Shown: positions 12,453 through 26,869, counted from the first letter of the whole stretch. The stretch is DNA of 59,747 bases, filler included, from Basidiobolus ranarum (GCA_040143965.1; 7 parts of 7 records of this genome joined end to end with filler, not necessarily neighbours in it); one strand, 5' to 3'. The notes: generated by a model not told the origin, from the letters alone. Made by a program: numbers and translations.

Positions 12453-14204
12453 GCACCCTGTTGCATCTTAAATCTAGGGTCAATATCATCGATTTTTTTA
12501 AATGTATAACATCAATTTTATCAGAATACGTAAATTAATAAATTTAACCAGCTAAAATCATGATTCTAGAAATATTTTGTAGTTGGTTGTGGTGACAAAA
12601 GCTACCTTGCTTAAATAACAATTACTCTGTATGACTCTGCACTACTGGGACCAAAAAAATAGAATCAATATCTATGATAGATGTCAGTACCAGGGGGTGA
12701 AGTGAAACAAAGCACTCTCGTATCGTTATGATTACTAGTCACTCCTAACAGGAATCTGGATCATATTGGAAGTCAATACTTTGATTTTTACTCAAGTGAA
12801 AACCAGTTTAGACTCATATATTTACTACATATCTCTCAGTAAACTAGTGAATACCGAATATCCTTCTTATTAAGCTGCAAGTAAACCATTGCGCCTTATT
12901 CTAAACAATGCATCTGATGATCAAGTATTCTATGCTACACGTTGTTCGTATGGCATAATCTGAGGATCTGGTTTATATCTAGGTCCAGGAAGAATGTAAG
13001 AACTTCAAAATGGTATCGTTATGCTTTGGAAATTAAGCATTGAGGTAATGATGGAAGTAGGGAGATTCGTGATATCAAATCTAAAATTCTGCTCAGACAA
13101 ACGAGAAGACGCCCCTAATCACTTATTGACAGAGAGTATCATCTTACTGGAGGCATTACTGTTCACGAAACCCCTGAACCAAATCGAAGACTTTCACGTA
13201 GTGAACAATGTTGTATATAAGAATACTTCCTCCTAGGTGGGTTTTCTTTGTTCTTCATGCACAATCCAGCCTTTGAAACAAGCCGTATTGTTCGGAAGTG
13301 GATCAAAAACCTGAGGCTTTATTATGACCAGCTTATGAAATATTTATTCACAGCACCAGCACAAGATAAATGATCAGCATTGAAATATGAGCGATCATTG
13401 TATAGAGTGCATATGAAATCAGGGATTTTATCATTTACGCGCTCATCTTATTTCATTAAACTCCTCAGTAACACGTTCAGAGGTTCTTAGGATTCTGTAA
13501 CGAGTAGCACGCTACACCACCGTTGAAAATCCCATCTCTCATGTTATCAGGATACATGCAATCGAATCACCTAAAGTAGTCGAGCCGCTAAATAGATCAA
13601 GGTACTAGAGAAAATGATCCGGAAAAGTAACGCAGTAGAGCTGCAAATTTCGGTGGATGTCTAATGCTCATGGGATCAACCATTCTCAAATTATTTTGTT
13701 GCAACGCATATCAGTGCATGATCGCCATTCTATTCCGCCCCGAAAATCAACCTCTTGGTTGAAGTCCGAGGGGATAGGAGCTTGTAATGTGCGGTATGTA
13801 CACGCGTTTGGACAATCTCTGCACTGCACTAAGCTTCGTTATAGCATCGACATGCCAACGATGGTTTTGTATTTGTTCCCTTTAAAAGTATAAATTTCAC
13901 CGATCAGTAGATTATCTTGAAGCTCCTACTCTCTATCCCTCCCTCGCCCCTGTCTCTGCGAAAATTCGGGCTCGACTCAATTTATTGAAATACTTTCAAA
14001 AGTCATTGTTCTTGCCTTGGAGGAGATCTTGAAAAACACAGTTTTTGCTTTAATCCGTTAGATAGGACCTAGAGTTTGTCCCAACAATACAGCATCTTTA
14101 GAATATCAGTTAGATTTTGCAGATTTCGCCTTGATTACTTTCTGCCTACCGAAACCCATACCTCTCCTACCCTCTGCCCCATTGCCTTTGTAGGTCTGAG
14201 TTGG

Positions 14205-15737
14205 ATGCTATCTCTAGTTATAAAGATTCTGCTGATCTTTACATTGCTCGATCTAACTCGAGGTCAAGAAGATTCTCCAACTTTTAGTATAAATCCAAGT
14301 TGGGCGCATGTGTTGAAAAACATCACTATTCCCGATATTCCAAGAAAGAAGGTTGGTGAAGGAACCTGCTCAAACTCCAATTGTTCTCCAGGAGAGTGTA
14401 ATACTTGCTGGGAGACGTGCGGTAGTTGTCCAGGAGATAAAGAGATTTATGGTTGCAAAAATCCCCAGCATTGGTCGTTGACATTTGACGATGGCCCAAC
14501 GTAAGTAGAAGATTTTTCATCTCTTCCCCTTCTGACAAGATCATTACTAACCCTTCCTTATTTAACTTTCTTAGTAAGTTTACTATGGATTTGCTACTTG
14601 CCCTAAATCGATTAAATATAAAGGCTACCTTTTTTGTACTTGGAAAAAATGTCCAACAATTTCCAGATCTACTAAAGAGTATACATGAAAATGGCCATGA
14701 AATTGGAAGTCATACCTGGTCGCACTCGCATCTTATGGTAACTATTTCATCCATTCTTTCCTTGAAATCCTTTGACGTTTCCTTTCAATACGAAGAGAAT
14801 TTTCGAAACTTCTCTACATTTCCCGGCTAACCAGATGTTATTTTGAACTTTAGTCATTATCCAATGAAGAAATAGTAGCTGAAGTCAAAGCCACTGAAGA
14901 GGAGATTTTCAAAGTGATCCAAGTTAAACCCAAATATATTAGAGTACCGTAAGTGACCCTAGTACTACAGACCTTTATTCACCCAAAACTAATATTCTAT
15001 TCTTGTATAGTTACGGGGAAATTGACGAAAGAATTCGAGGTATCCTTACCGCTCTAGGTTATGAAATCGTTTTTTGGAATCTCGATACACAAGATTGGCA
15101 ACTGGAAAATAAGGAATATACTCAAGACGAAAATCAACTCCTCGAAAAATTTCGTAATATATCTCATAACTCCACAAACTCAAGTGGTTTCATTTCGTTA
15201 CAGCACGAATTTCTTCCCATTACCAGTCAGAGTTTACCCAAAATTCATCAAATCCTTCAAAACAAGAAGTTCGACTTAGTCAGTCTGGACCAATGTTTAG
15301 GAAATACCCCGTTAGAGATTCCCTCTGAGGTCCAAGAAGCGAAACCCATGGAAGACATCACAGGTTCAACTGAAGAGGTCCCCTTTGAAGAAATTCCAGC
15401 TCAAGATACTCCAACTAGAGAAAGTTCAGCTCAAGATACACCAACTGGAGAAAGTTCAGTTCAAGGTACTCCAACTGAAGAAAATTCACAAGATACTCCA
15501 ATAGAAGAGAATTCAGCACAGGAGAATAAAACTGAAGAAGACTCTGACTACGAAGAGCCAACAGAAATGATAAACGTAAATAGCTCAGAAGAATTTGAAA
15601 TCACCAAGATACCCACCTTCATAGATGACCTCTCTGAACGACAATACCTCATTAGTAACTATGGTTCAGTAATCACTCCAAAAGCAGTTATCTTAAAAGT
15701 AACCTTTGGCGTATTGATTTGGATATTAATAAATTAA
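14205..15737 (+). CDS. Secreted, probably GPI-anchored polysaccharide (chitin) deacetylase, CE4/NodB (4 exons)
   Basis: Signal peptide, Cys-rich segment, TFDDGP, HTWSHSHL, RVP|YG, DTQDW and LQHE motifs, then an acidic Ser/Thr stalk and a hydrophobic C-terminus. Confidence 0.88.
15396..15530 (+). repeat. Coding tandem repeat, ~33-bp unit (SSAQDTPTxE-like) in the deacetylase stalk
   Basis: cagctcaagatactccaactagagaaagtt-like unit repeated about 4 times with decay. Confidence 0.7.
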
Positions 15738-16539
15738 ATTTACGTATTGAATACCATCCTATATCATCTTGATATTGTTGGAGATATGTGACTTTGCTCT
15801 GATCCCAAATATAACGTAAATAGGACACGAAATATTATTGCCAGATATATATGAAGGCTATTCAAATTTTAATTGATAATTCTTAAACTAAGATCGAGTT
15901 AAAATTCGAATTAGAACATTATTAACTAGAGATTCATGTAGCGGTATTTAATTTGAAATCTGATTGGCTTTTGACTGTCAGTTTTTGAGATACAAGGACT
16001 ATTTTGGGTACACAAATATTGACGAAATCTGCCTGGATTATTCTATACAATAGCTCCATTATCTCTGCTAAAACCAAAGGGGATAAGGGGGAAGAGGTAA
16101 TGTGAATAAGCTCATGGATTCTGCTCTTGCCTGATGTACTCAATGAAGCTAAACAGGAGCGCAAATCCGACATATCAACCAACAGGCCCTACATGCAATA
16201 TAGGAGCCCATCTTATTTTTATATTCGAGCAACCATTACAGAACATTATGTGAGCCTTGCTATGGCAAAATGGATATTACTCGAGTGGTGGGGCGCAATC
16301 CTAAATCCTTCATTACTCTTACTAACAAAGACCACGAGTATTACATAATTCAATCGGACAAAGGATTCGATTCATTAAAAAGAACTTTAATTCTAAAGTA
16401 GTAAAGAAAATTAACATATCTTCGATCATACACTACCACAAAAGAAGATTTGGTGATAACATATTATGCGGTTATCTGAGAAGCCAATAAAATACTATCC
16501 AATTATCACAGAAAACGATCAATAAATCAACACATCACA

Positions 16540-17033
<494 letters not shown>

Positions 17034-17133
17034 NNNNNNNNNNNNNNNNNNNNNNNNNNNNNNNNNNNNNNNNNNNNTTAATTAATTAANNNNNNNNNNN
17101 NNNNNNNNNNNNNNNNNNNNNNNNNNNNNNNNN
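17034..17133. other. Artificial contig linker
   Basis: N44-TTAATTAATTAA-N44. Confidence 0.98.
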
Positions 17134-17552
17134 CACCGATTAGTTAAATAATAGAATATATTCCCGCTAGCTAAAATGAGCTAACTTCAGCATTGAAAAT
17201 ACAACTTATATAACGATAGCATTGATAATATAACTACTCCTTAATAGCCGCTTGAATTCTTCATACAATTTATTATTTAGCCAAAAATCACTAGTAATAG
17301 GAATGTTTGTACCATCCATTAACACAAAAATTGTAATGCTCTTGAATTTATAAATATGAAAAATTGCATCCAATTTAGTCAACAAAAATTTATACACACT
17401 AATTTAGCATAGTGGTAAGTTGAATGAATCGCCATTTTATTGAATAACATTTTGGTCCTTGGAACTGCTTCAAGAACTAGTCACAGGCAACTGAGCTTGT
17501 ATATTTTTTAGCTTTGAAAACTTTTCTACCACAGTTTACGTAGACGGTGGCG

Positions 17553-20500
17553 ATGTCTTTTGCCGGTTATCTATTTGGAAACATCGATGAAAAGGGTCAT
17601 CTAGACAACACCGATTTAGACAAGGTTACTATTTACACTTGAGAATTGGTTTACCATTGGAAGGAGCTTTATGAACATTCTTTTCAACTTTATTTCATAT
17701 AATAGGAGCTAAGAGAAAGTCTAGAAAAAGCTACTGAAGATGGGGATAGTCGTTTGTTAGATCAGTTTTTTTCAGTTAGTTCACTTGGTCTTGATCAGAC
17801 CGATGAATATGGAAAAAGCGAAGATTTATCTGAGGTTGAAGTAACTGATGTAGAAGATTCTATAGATCAAGTAAAGCCTGTCGAAGATGCGGTGGATTAT
17901 TCGGATTTTAATGAGCTTGCTGACGATCAGATGTTTTCTAATAAATATTTCCAACGTGGTATGAAAGCAGTGAAATCTGGCGACAATAATTTACGTAGAT
18001 TATCTCGACTTTCTAACGTTACTAGTGATTTCGATGACGATTACGATTGCGACACGGAAGAATCAAGTGTGGAAAATAAAGAAACCATCTCTTTATCTGA
18101 GATCCAAATGCCCCAACAACCTGTCGTCTCTACCATAGAACCATCAGCACTTATGAAACCAATCAAGCCAGCTGAGGTTGAAGAACCACCGATTGATGTT
18201 AAAGCTTTATATCCTGCTTTCGAGAGGGGAAAGATACTTAAATTCTCGGAATTATTTGCAATTAAAATTCCCAAACGATACTACAAACCAAAGAAGAGTG
18301 AGTATTTTATTTTCCAATGCCGGTATTAGCTTATTTATACTCTATACATACGTAAATCGCGGATATCTATTCATACAAATATGGAGACGTAGATTAATAA
18401 TTATCTTTTATTCTAGCCGTAACGACTCCACAACTCCAAGAACTATCGTATACTACCGATGACCAAGAGCTGTTTGAGGCACCTCTAAAGGCTGAGCCCG
18501 CAATCAATGGAATACAGCAGTTTCTTGGATCTTCCAATGATTTCGATAATTCTACCGAACAAAACGCGTCGATTACTCCAACATCTGAAGAGGAATATGA
18601 AGAATCCGAGGTAATATTTTATCACAAATACACTTTGTATCTGAAAGCATTCCCTGAACCCTGTTTAAGAGCAAAACGTCAGAAATACCGAAAGTTGACT
18701 TCAAGGTCCCTGAGCTCTTTCACTCAGTAACGCTTGATTCATGGGAAGACAAAATTATTTGGGAGAATGATGAAGACGAGGATGAAGATACAAGGTAACG
18801 GACTGGCCAAGGTTTTTTGTCAGTAGAAATTAAGCTAAATTCTTTATTTAGCCTTGACCTAGAGCTCAATCCTAGTGCTCACTCACCAGTAAGTCCTTAG
18901 ATTCATTGAACAAATAGTATGTGTATCAAGAGAGTTAACTAATCCTATAGAAGAAATCGGAACGTTCTAGCGATGTATTCTCTTTTCGCAATTATGATGT
19001 GGAGGACGGAGACTGGACTGAGTCGATTATATGGGATACCAATGAACCCTTTGTTCCGTTTACTAAGCTAATCTTGGATCTGAACGACACAAACATGCTT
19101 TTTGATACCACTTCTAACCTAGATGTGCAGAAAACCTCCCACCATGAACAAAAGAGTAAGTATACTATTGCCCATCATTGAGAAGTTGTTTAAATCAATA
19201 TTTTTTGTACTATGTAGACTCGAAGAAGACCAAGAAATCCTCCAAAAAAGCCATTATCCAAGTGGAAGCCCCCAGACTGGATCCCAAAAGCAAAGCAATC
19301 GTGGACAAATTTAATCTCTCGAATGATCGATATTATGAAGCTTTGAAAAAAAGAAGAGTGAGACAAACTTTCGGACAATTAAATGTCCAACACTCTTTAC
19401 CCGCCTTAAAGCTGCAACCTCCTTTCGTGAGTGCAAATCTATCATATGATGCTTTCCAAAATCTGTACTAATCTCTTTGGATAGTTCAAATCGAAGTTGA
19501 CCAAGGGAGACCTCCGAGCTTTTCATCGACCTTCTGCACAATTCCCGCATAATGTTTTGTTGAAAGTATCTCGGGTTCGAAGTGGAAAGAAGAAAAAATC
19601 CAAGAAAGAGTTCAGCGAGCTTATACGTAGTTCGAAAGATTTGAGTTTGAAAGATCGCTCTAATTATATTCTCTTGGAGTTCTCGGTAAGTGAACAATAC
19701 ACATATGAGAGAGTACCAGTTTACTCATATTGCACTAGGAGGAATACCCGTCGATCATCCAGAACATCGGTATGGGAAGTCTTCTCATCAACTACTATCG
19801 TAAAAGAGACAATGACGATGAAGAAGTACCTCAGGTAGGTTCCAAACTCATCAATGCTGTATTACTCTGTGCTGAAAAGTATTATTAGTTGGATATTGGC
19901 GATCCTTTTATATTAGATGTAGCCGATGCATCTCCTTTCATGAACTTTGGTAATGTTGAGCCAGGACAGACCATCCAGACTTTATACAACAATCTGATGC
20001 GTGCGCCCTTGTTCAAACAACCTGCCCGAGAAAGCGATTTTCTTTTGATAAGGTTATTCAGTCAAGTGTACACTCCATTGTTTGCTTTTTATTCACGAGT
20101 ATCATTAGACATACATACCGAGGTGTAGCAAAATACTATATTCGTGAAATCCCCTATCTCTTCGTTGTGGGACAGACCTACCCCGTTCAAGAAGTTCCTG
20201 GCCCGCATTCTCGTAAAATTACCACTACAATCAAAAATAGGCTTCAGGTAGGATTGAAGATATTGATTCTCCGGGTAGGATAGGTGAACTTACTTATTTT
20301 CAAATTCATCTTAGGTTGCTGCGTATCGTTTCATTAAAAAAGACCCTCAACATGTCTTGAGAGTTAGCAAACTTGCGAAGGCTTTTCCTGAATATTCAGA
20401 AGGACAAATTAGGCAAAGATTGAAGGTGTGTGTCGAATGAGTTATCCTCCAGGATGTATTCGTAGTTTCCAAACCTAACAGTTTCGTATTAGGAATTCGC

Positions 20501-22318
20501 TGAATTCCAAAGAAAAGGGGATGTTAACGGATGTTGGAAATTGAAACCTAACGTTCCACTTCCCGCTGAAGAAGAAATAAGAAAGATGGTAACCCCTGAG
20601 ATGGTTTGTCTTTATGAGAGTATGCTTGTTGGTCAGAGACATCTGCAGGATGCTGGTTATGGTAAATCGGCCGATGACGAAGAAGAAAATAATGAAGACT
20701 CCGAGAGTAAACTGGATATCGAAGAACAATTAGCTCCTTGGATCACAACAAGAAACTTTATTTACGCAACACAGGTAACTATTAGTTTATGCAGACCGGA
20801 GAAACGGAATTACTAGAATACTAACCAAAATTTAGGGTAAAGCAATGTTAAAGTTGTACGGGCCTGGTGACCCGACCGGCCGAGGTGAAGGTTTTAGTTT
20901 TATCAGAGTCTCTATGAAAGATATCTTTTTAAGAGCTGGAGAATCTGCTGAAGAGAAACTCGGTAATGTATATAAAGCATAGTACTATTCATCAAGTTTA
21001 TTCACTAACATTAACTTTTTAACAGCTGAGATTGAAGCTCGACCCAAAAGTGCTCATCGTTATAATGTGGCCGAGCAGCAACAAATCTACAGAGAAGAAG
21101 TAAGTATTCTTATGACATCAGAGAGCAAATGTTTATCACAAACTAATATTGGAAATTTAGATCTCTAGGATTTGGAATGCACAATTCCAAGCTCTTAGTA
21201 GCATTGAAGAGCCTTCTCTGTCCGAAGATGATAGTGAGGACAACTTTGACGATGTAATAGATGATTCTCTTCAATATATATTCAAGTCATTACCACCTAA
21301 CAAACAACCGTTGATTCCACCAGGACTTACAACCCTCATCTCACCGACTTCGCTCTCGGTCACCTTCTGTGTGCTCTGTCGATGATGATCTCTCCGTTTC
21401 TGGAATTGGTAGTCAGAACAAGTTATTGGTAATCAAACGTCTCGTAAGAGACAAGAATGGAGAAACATCATGGCAATCAGAAGTGGTCAGAGATCCAGCT
21501 GTTATGAATGCTTACCTTCGTCAACGCCAACTGATTGAAGAGCAAACAACAAGGTATGGAGTAATCTCTTTGTTTATGGCTGATTTTTTCAATAACCTCC
21601 TATTTCTTAAAGTGTTGAGATGCTTGAGCCTACTAATGATGAAGAGAAGAATAGAAGAATGAAAAAGAGGTAAATTTAAGTAGTAAAAGAGATTTGGAAT
21701 AATATAGTAACCAAATTGCCCTGATAGAATTCAGGATCGCTTGGCGACTTTGAAGAGAAATCAGGAAAGACGCCATGCTCGAGCCAAAGCTCGTGAGGCA
21801 ACTGTTTCCAGCCTCAAGTCAAGCAGTATTTTGTCATCTTCAACACCTACTAAGAGTGGGAAGAAGGAGCTTATTGTGAGCCAATACAGTAATCTTTGAC
21901 TGTTGTACTATTATTAAATAGAATCATTGCTTTATTCTAGCGTCGCTGTGGTAATTGTGGACAACTCGGCCATATGAAAACCAACAAAAAATGCCCCAAG
22001 TACAATAGTGCTAACCCTTCCGGTGTGAATACACCCGTTTCAGTTGGAGAGCAAACGGACATTGTCCAAGATGATGAACCTAGTATTAGGATGGAGGGAA
22101 CCAAAATATCCATACCGAAGTATGCCATGCAAAAGTTAGTGATCCGTTTTCAACTAACGATCAAGATCACTTATATCTAACCTGTTATTTTTAGGGCATC
22201 GGAGCCGCTTACCATGCGTTTACCCTCCAACATCTTCACCAATTCCAAACGAAAGCGAAGTGATGAATCGGATGTTGAAGATTTATCTTTCGATTCGCCT
22301 CAGTCACGTAAAAAATAG
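17553..22318 (+). CDS. TAF1: TFIID subunit 1 (many short exons)
   Basis: N-terminal GYLFGNIDEKGHLD, DAVDYSDFNELADD, FNLSNDRYY, DUF3591 core (EEYPSIIQNIGMG, LYNNLMRAPLF, VGQTYPVQEVPGPHSRK, EEQLAPWITTRNF, GPGDPTGRGEGFSF) and a C-terminal CGNCGQLGHMKTNKKCP zinc knuckle. Exact 3' end is less certain. Confidence 0.93.
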
Positions 22319-23472
22319 ATAGCAAACTTGTATAGAGATGATTTCTTTTCTAGTTTTGGGTATTTCAAATATTTACTTTAAATGTGTCATTGTATCTTGA
22401 TTTCGTACTTTTGTTGGAGACTTATACGCCGTTTTCGTGGAATGGGTTACTGAGCACGATAAATGTGACTTTAAAGTTGGCATTCTTGTAAAATAAAGAC
22501 CTTTTTTATATCAACTAGACAAACCCAACCAAGTCTTGTAAGGGGGTGCGATCTAAGATATCAATTTCAATGACCTGATTGTCACACCAACGGATGACCC
22601 CTTGTTCACCTTTAACCGTTCAATTGGTTTTATTGATCTTGAGGCATGTCAAGTGATACAGCAGTAATTGACGAAGCTGACGGTCTTCAAGTGATGTTTA
22701 TAGTCAGACAGCCACAGAATATTAGAGTTTACTGCATCATTCCCGCACTGTTACTTTTATGGAGTTTACTAGTTCGGATATTTATTCCAGGACTAGCTTG
22801 AGCCTAGAGCTAGATAGAAGAGTTCTAAGAATAGCTTGGTCACATGCTACGTAGATTGGGAGCAACTCCGTGAACGAATTGATCTTGATGGCCATGGCAC
22901 GCTTGTTCGAATCCTTGTTGATATGAGGATGATGATATTGAGATACAGAGACTGCAACCAATGGTCGCTATACTCTTCACAGCTGGTTAATGAGAGTGAT
23001 ATAGTTGGCGGTATTCGCTCAGCAGAAAGTCCCAAGTCTGCCGCTGCAATCGTGGGTTTCACATATGGAATATTCAGTAGGAGGAGGGTATCCGTAACTC
23101 CTTACCCGTAATCAGAAAGATCTCGATCGCGTGTAAGAATAATAGGAGATGGGCTGTGGATATTTTGGAATGGCTCTTTCCATCTTTATTACTACTTGTC
23201 ATTCTGACGAAACAACGTCGCTCGATTTGTTGCTGATTGGATTTATTGATGATTGGCATAAGCGTCTCTTAGTTCAAATCATTGTTCGATCATACACGAG
23301 ATCCTTTGCGTTTGTTAAAAGCACATGATTGGCTGCAGAGGTACATCCATGATTTATCCGTTACAATCCATGATGTTGAAGAGTGAGATGGACATATAAA
23401 TAGGTGCCAGTGCTACATATAAAAATCCATCTCTATTTGTAAGTCTCTCCTTCAGACACTAAAAGCGATACA

Positions 23473-24556
23473 ATGTCTCCAAAGACTCTAATTGCCTACG
23501 ATTTCGACTGGTACACTACAAATTTAATGTGAATTCTTTGATTGTTTGATTAATCCGTTCTTTGCCGCTGTTCCGGTAAATGTTGATCACCTTTAGGTCT
23601 TTAATTGATCAAGACAGGTAAGTCACGGTTTCAAACACTTTGCATGGGATCACCAAGGGGTTAACAATGTAAACTTTTTGTAGTGACCATTTCTTGGTTA
23701 GTAAATTGAACACTCTTCTTACCAAGAAGATGAACGAGCTTGAACTCAACATGCAATGGACCGATATGATGGTAACATTGCCATGTCCCACACTTGCGCC
23801 GAAATAGAATACTCAACATAGATGTATTTTAGAATCAACTTTTAGGTGAACTTCACGAACTCGGCGTTACCGAGACTCAAATGAGTACCGTATGGGCTCA
23901 AATTCCTTTCAGTGAGAACATGATAAAAGCACTTCATATCGCCAAAGAAGCCAATGCTGATATTATGATTATCTCGGATGCAAATAGCGTAGCTATTTCA
24001 AAAGTTCTCAATCATTATCAAGTTGACCATTTGTTCAACAAGATCATTACCAATGCCGCTCAATGGACCGAAGATGGAAAACTAGTAATCAACCGTCTGG
24101 TACCCAAGGAAACACCCCATGGGTGTAGCACTAAAGCCGAAGGATTTGGTCACACCTGTAGTGTGAACATGTGCAAGGGACAGGAAATTACTCGAGTGAT
24201 GTTAGAAGGTGGCTACGACCGAGTAATCTATGTAGGTGATGGTGCTAACGATTTCTGTCCTATCACCAAGTTGGGAGTGTAAGTAAATTCCAATCACACA
24301 TATTGAATCTATCCTGGTTAAACTAACTCTTCTCTTCAGGAATGATATCGCTCTAGTGCGTAGCGGTCGTATTCTTAGTAAAATTGTAGAGGCCCCTAGT
24401 TCACGTGCTCAAATCAAAGCCAACGTAATTCTCTGGTCGGAAGCAGCTGATATATTGGCCATGTATCGAAACCTATTCCGACTCTCACCTCAATCTTTGG
24501 AGCCCATCACAAACATTATTACTCCTAAAGAGACTGTTCGTTTGGCAAGCAATTAA
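23473..24556 (+). CDS. HAD phosphatase, PHOSPHO1/2 (pyridoxal-phosphate/phosphoethanolamine phosphatase) family
   Basis: Spliced motif I YDFDWSLIDQDSD spanning a ~21-nt micro-exon near 23596, then ISDAN, CSVNMCKG and YVGDGANDFCP. Confidence 0.88.
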
Positions 24557-24848
24557 TATTAATCGAAATTTATTGTATGTATGTGTATAAAATATCCATA
24601 AATAGTCACAACTATACTTCCAATGCCTCTTTTCTCAGCTTAGAGTGAAGACATGATCGAGATCAACCACTCTATGAATCATATCGTAGATCTTTACTAA
24701 ATTGAGTCAACTGGGAATGATTTTTAACCTGATTGTATTGATAATGAGTATTTTAATATTTATGCCATTGTAAGATACATAACCATCACAGTGGAGGAGG
24801 GGGATATATTTTTCAACTGTGCATTTGGGCATTGGGGCATTGGGGCAT

Positions 24849-25587
24849 TTAATGTAATAACTTGGTGAGTTCTGGACCCTCCTCGGTTTGAGGTTTATCA
24901 GAGACGTCGATATCTTCTCTGTCACGATCATCATTTAACCGGGAATACTTCTGAACCATGTGTAGTTCTTCCATTAAAGTTTGATATCTAAAAGCAAGAC
25001 GAATATCGGGAACGCTACTTTTACGCATATCTAAGAAATACCTGGTAAATGTGTGTTTCTAAATGTGTCGTCGTATCAATGAGAAGTTACCATTTCCATC
25101 TGGTCCAGGGATGTGGCAGTTTTCACCAACAAAATGTCGCTTGATAGTCATCTCAAATCCACTTTGTAATACACTATTGCGAGCTAACTCACACATATCA
25201 ACATTCGAGAGTTTCCAAATCTGATACGAGAAGAGCCAGTTGAGAGACGTGGATAATGGTGACTGAATTGATAAACATAAAGTGTATTACCTGAGCGGCG
25301 ACGCTATATTCTTCGATAAGAGGTTCCTTTGTAAAATGAAATTGTAATGGGTCATCAGTGGAAAGACTAATGTTCAGACCTCGACGGAAGAATGTTGGAA
25401 ATGGATTTCGTTCGTAATTCAGAAATAATGCGTTATTGCTTAATGGTGACATAGCAAGACCGATTTGTTTAAGAAAATATAAGTATTGAAGGGCTGGAAC
25501 TTTACGAAGAAGAATCCCATGATTAATACTCCACGATGTCAAATAAGCTGAAGCCAAATGATCCGTATCCCCTGCTTCTCCAGAGTG
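24849..25587 (-). CDS. AMD1: AMP deaminase, C-terminal part (5'-truncated)
   Basis: [78 protein letters not shown] and VPDIRLAFR. Confidence 0.95.
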
Positions 25588-25687
25588 NNNNNNNNNNNNN
25601 NNNNNNNNNNNNNNNNNNNNNNNNNNNNNNNTTAATTAATTAANNNNNNNNNNNNNNNNNNNNNNNNNNNNNNNNNNNNNNNNNNNN
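25588..25687. other. Artificial contig linker
   Basis: N44-TTAATTAATTAA-N44. Confidence 0.98.
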
Positions 25688-26129
25688 AGAGCTGATCTGC
25701 CATAGTTTTTATCCGATTTATATGATTAAGCATTGAATCATCAGGATTCATCTGAATTGAGAACAATTTTCACCTAAGATACAGCCTATTAGCCAGACCT
25801 TTAGTCTCATATAGTCCCTCAAGTGTTTCCCAAGCATTTTGGACGTTTTTGGCTGATTGTATGTGCATCAATTGAGAATCTCTGAGATGTAGACAAAGTG
25901 TACAGAGTGCTTTCCTCTGCTTCTTGTGAAAGGCAAGGATAGCTTCTGGTGGTCCCTTTGGCTCTATTTCTTCTCCTGTAACAAATCCCCAAAGGTCCTT
26001 GTTTTCTAGCACCATTTGCATCTTGAACTGCCAAAGGTGAAAGTCTTCACCATCAAACTTCTCTGTGGATGCAAAAACGTTGGTAATAGTACTGGTAAAC
26101 ATTCCTTTAACAGCTAGCTTGGGGTTCAT
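25688..26129 (-). pseudogene. Ty1/copia gag N-terminus with an in-frame stop
   Basis: KFDGEDFHLWQFKMQMVLENKDLWGFVTG and AWETLEGLYE...ANRLYLR are copia gag (DUF4219/UBN2-like) motifs. Reading continues past a TGA as KLFSIQMNPDDSMLNHINRIKTMADQL. Confidence 0.85.
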
Positions 26130-26485
26130 AACCTGATAAAAGTGTTTAGGGGATTTGGAAGTGTTTTGGACAAGATTTGGATTTGTGAGTTAGACACTTA
26201 AGTTTTATTGAATTCAATATGTCCCATTTATAGTTTACTATGAAATAGGACTATTGGACATGCTTAGATCATAACAAACATGCCTGTTAAGCATGGGTGA
26301 AAATTTGAGGTGATTTGCAGAAGTTTTGAGAAAATAGTGAAAATTGGTAAAGGTGATATAATTGATATTTCTATCAATTAGAGCAATAAACACACGTTTT
26401 TGAATAACAGAATTGAGTGCTAAATAATCTGAATATAAATAAACTAACTACTAAATAATGAGTTGCTAATTACCTAATTTCAACA
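26121..26485 (-). mobile_element. 5' LTR (family B, 26134-26485) plus primer-binding site GGTTATGAACCCC (26121-26133)
   Basis: TGTTGAAATTAGG...TTTTATCA followed directly by GGTTATG and the gag ORF. Second copy at 33887. Confidence 0.88.
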
Positions 26486-26869
26486 TATTCATGGTGTCTT
26501 AAGTTTAGAGCTCTCAATGGATATCTTTGAGTATGATTGTATTGAGAATTAATCAAGATTTGGGCTACTTTGCCTAACTTTGATTGCGGCCCACAAAATG
26601 GTTTTTCTTTATACTTTCCTGCTACAATGCTATATCTCTTCTGGAAACCAAAGCTGTGTTTGACTCTTGCCATAAAATGGCAAATACTGTCATTATCAGG
26701 CTTTTGCCTCTCTGTGAGTATCCCTCCTCTGGGCCTCTGTTAGCTGTAACAAATCCTAGCGTTCTGCATTCTTCCCCAACATATGCAAATCAGCCATAAT
26801 TTTCTCATATCTTACCAATGGTGCATGCCTCTGAATCCAAAGCCTTTTGTGATTGTGTCTCCCCTGAAA

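Noticed and set aside
12857-12866. ATATCCTT/GTATCCTT U12-like donor words (also near 15040, 34978 and 35927)
   Set aside because: They lie in intergenic DNA, inside exons or on the non-coding strand, not at intron boundaries.
22836-23259. Short ORFs between TAF1 and the phosphatase
   Set aside because: No domain, splice support or consistent frame; likely promoter or intergenic sequence.
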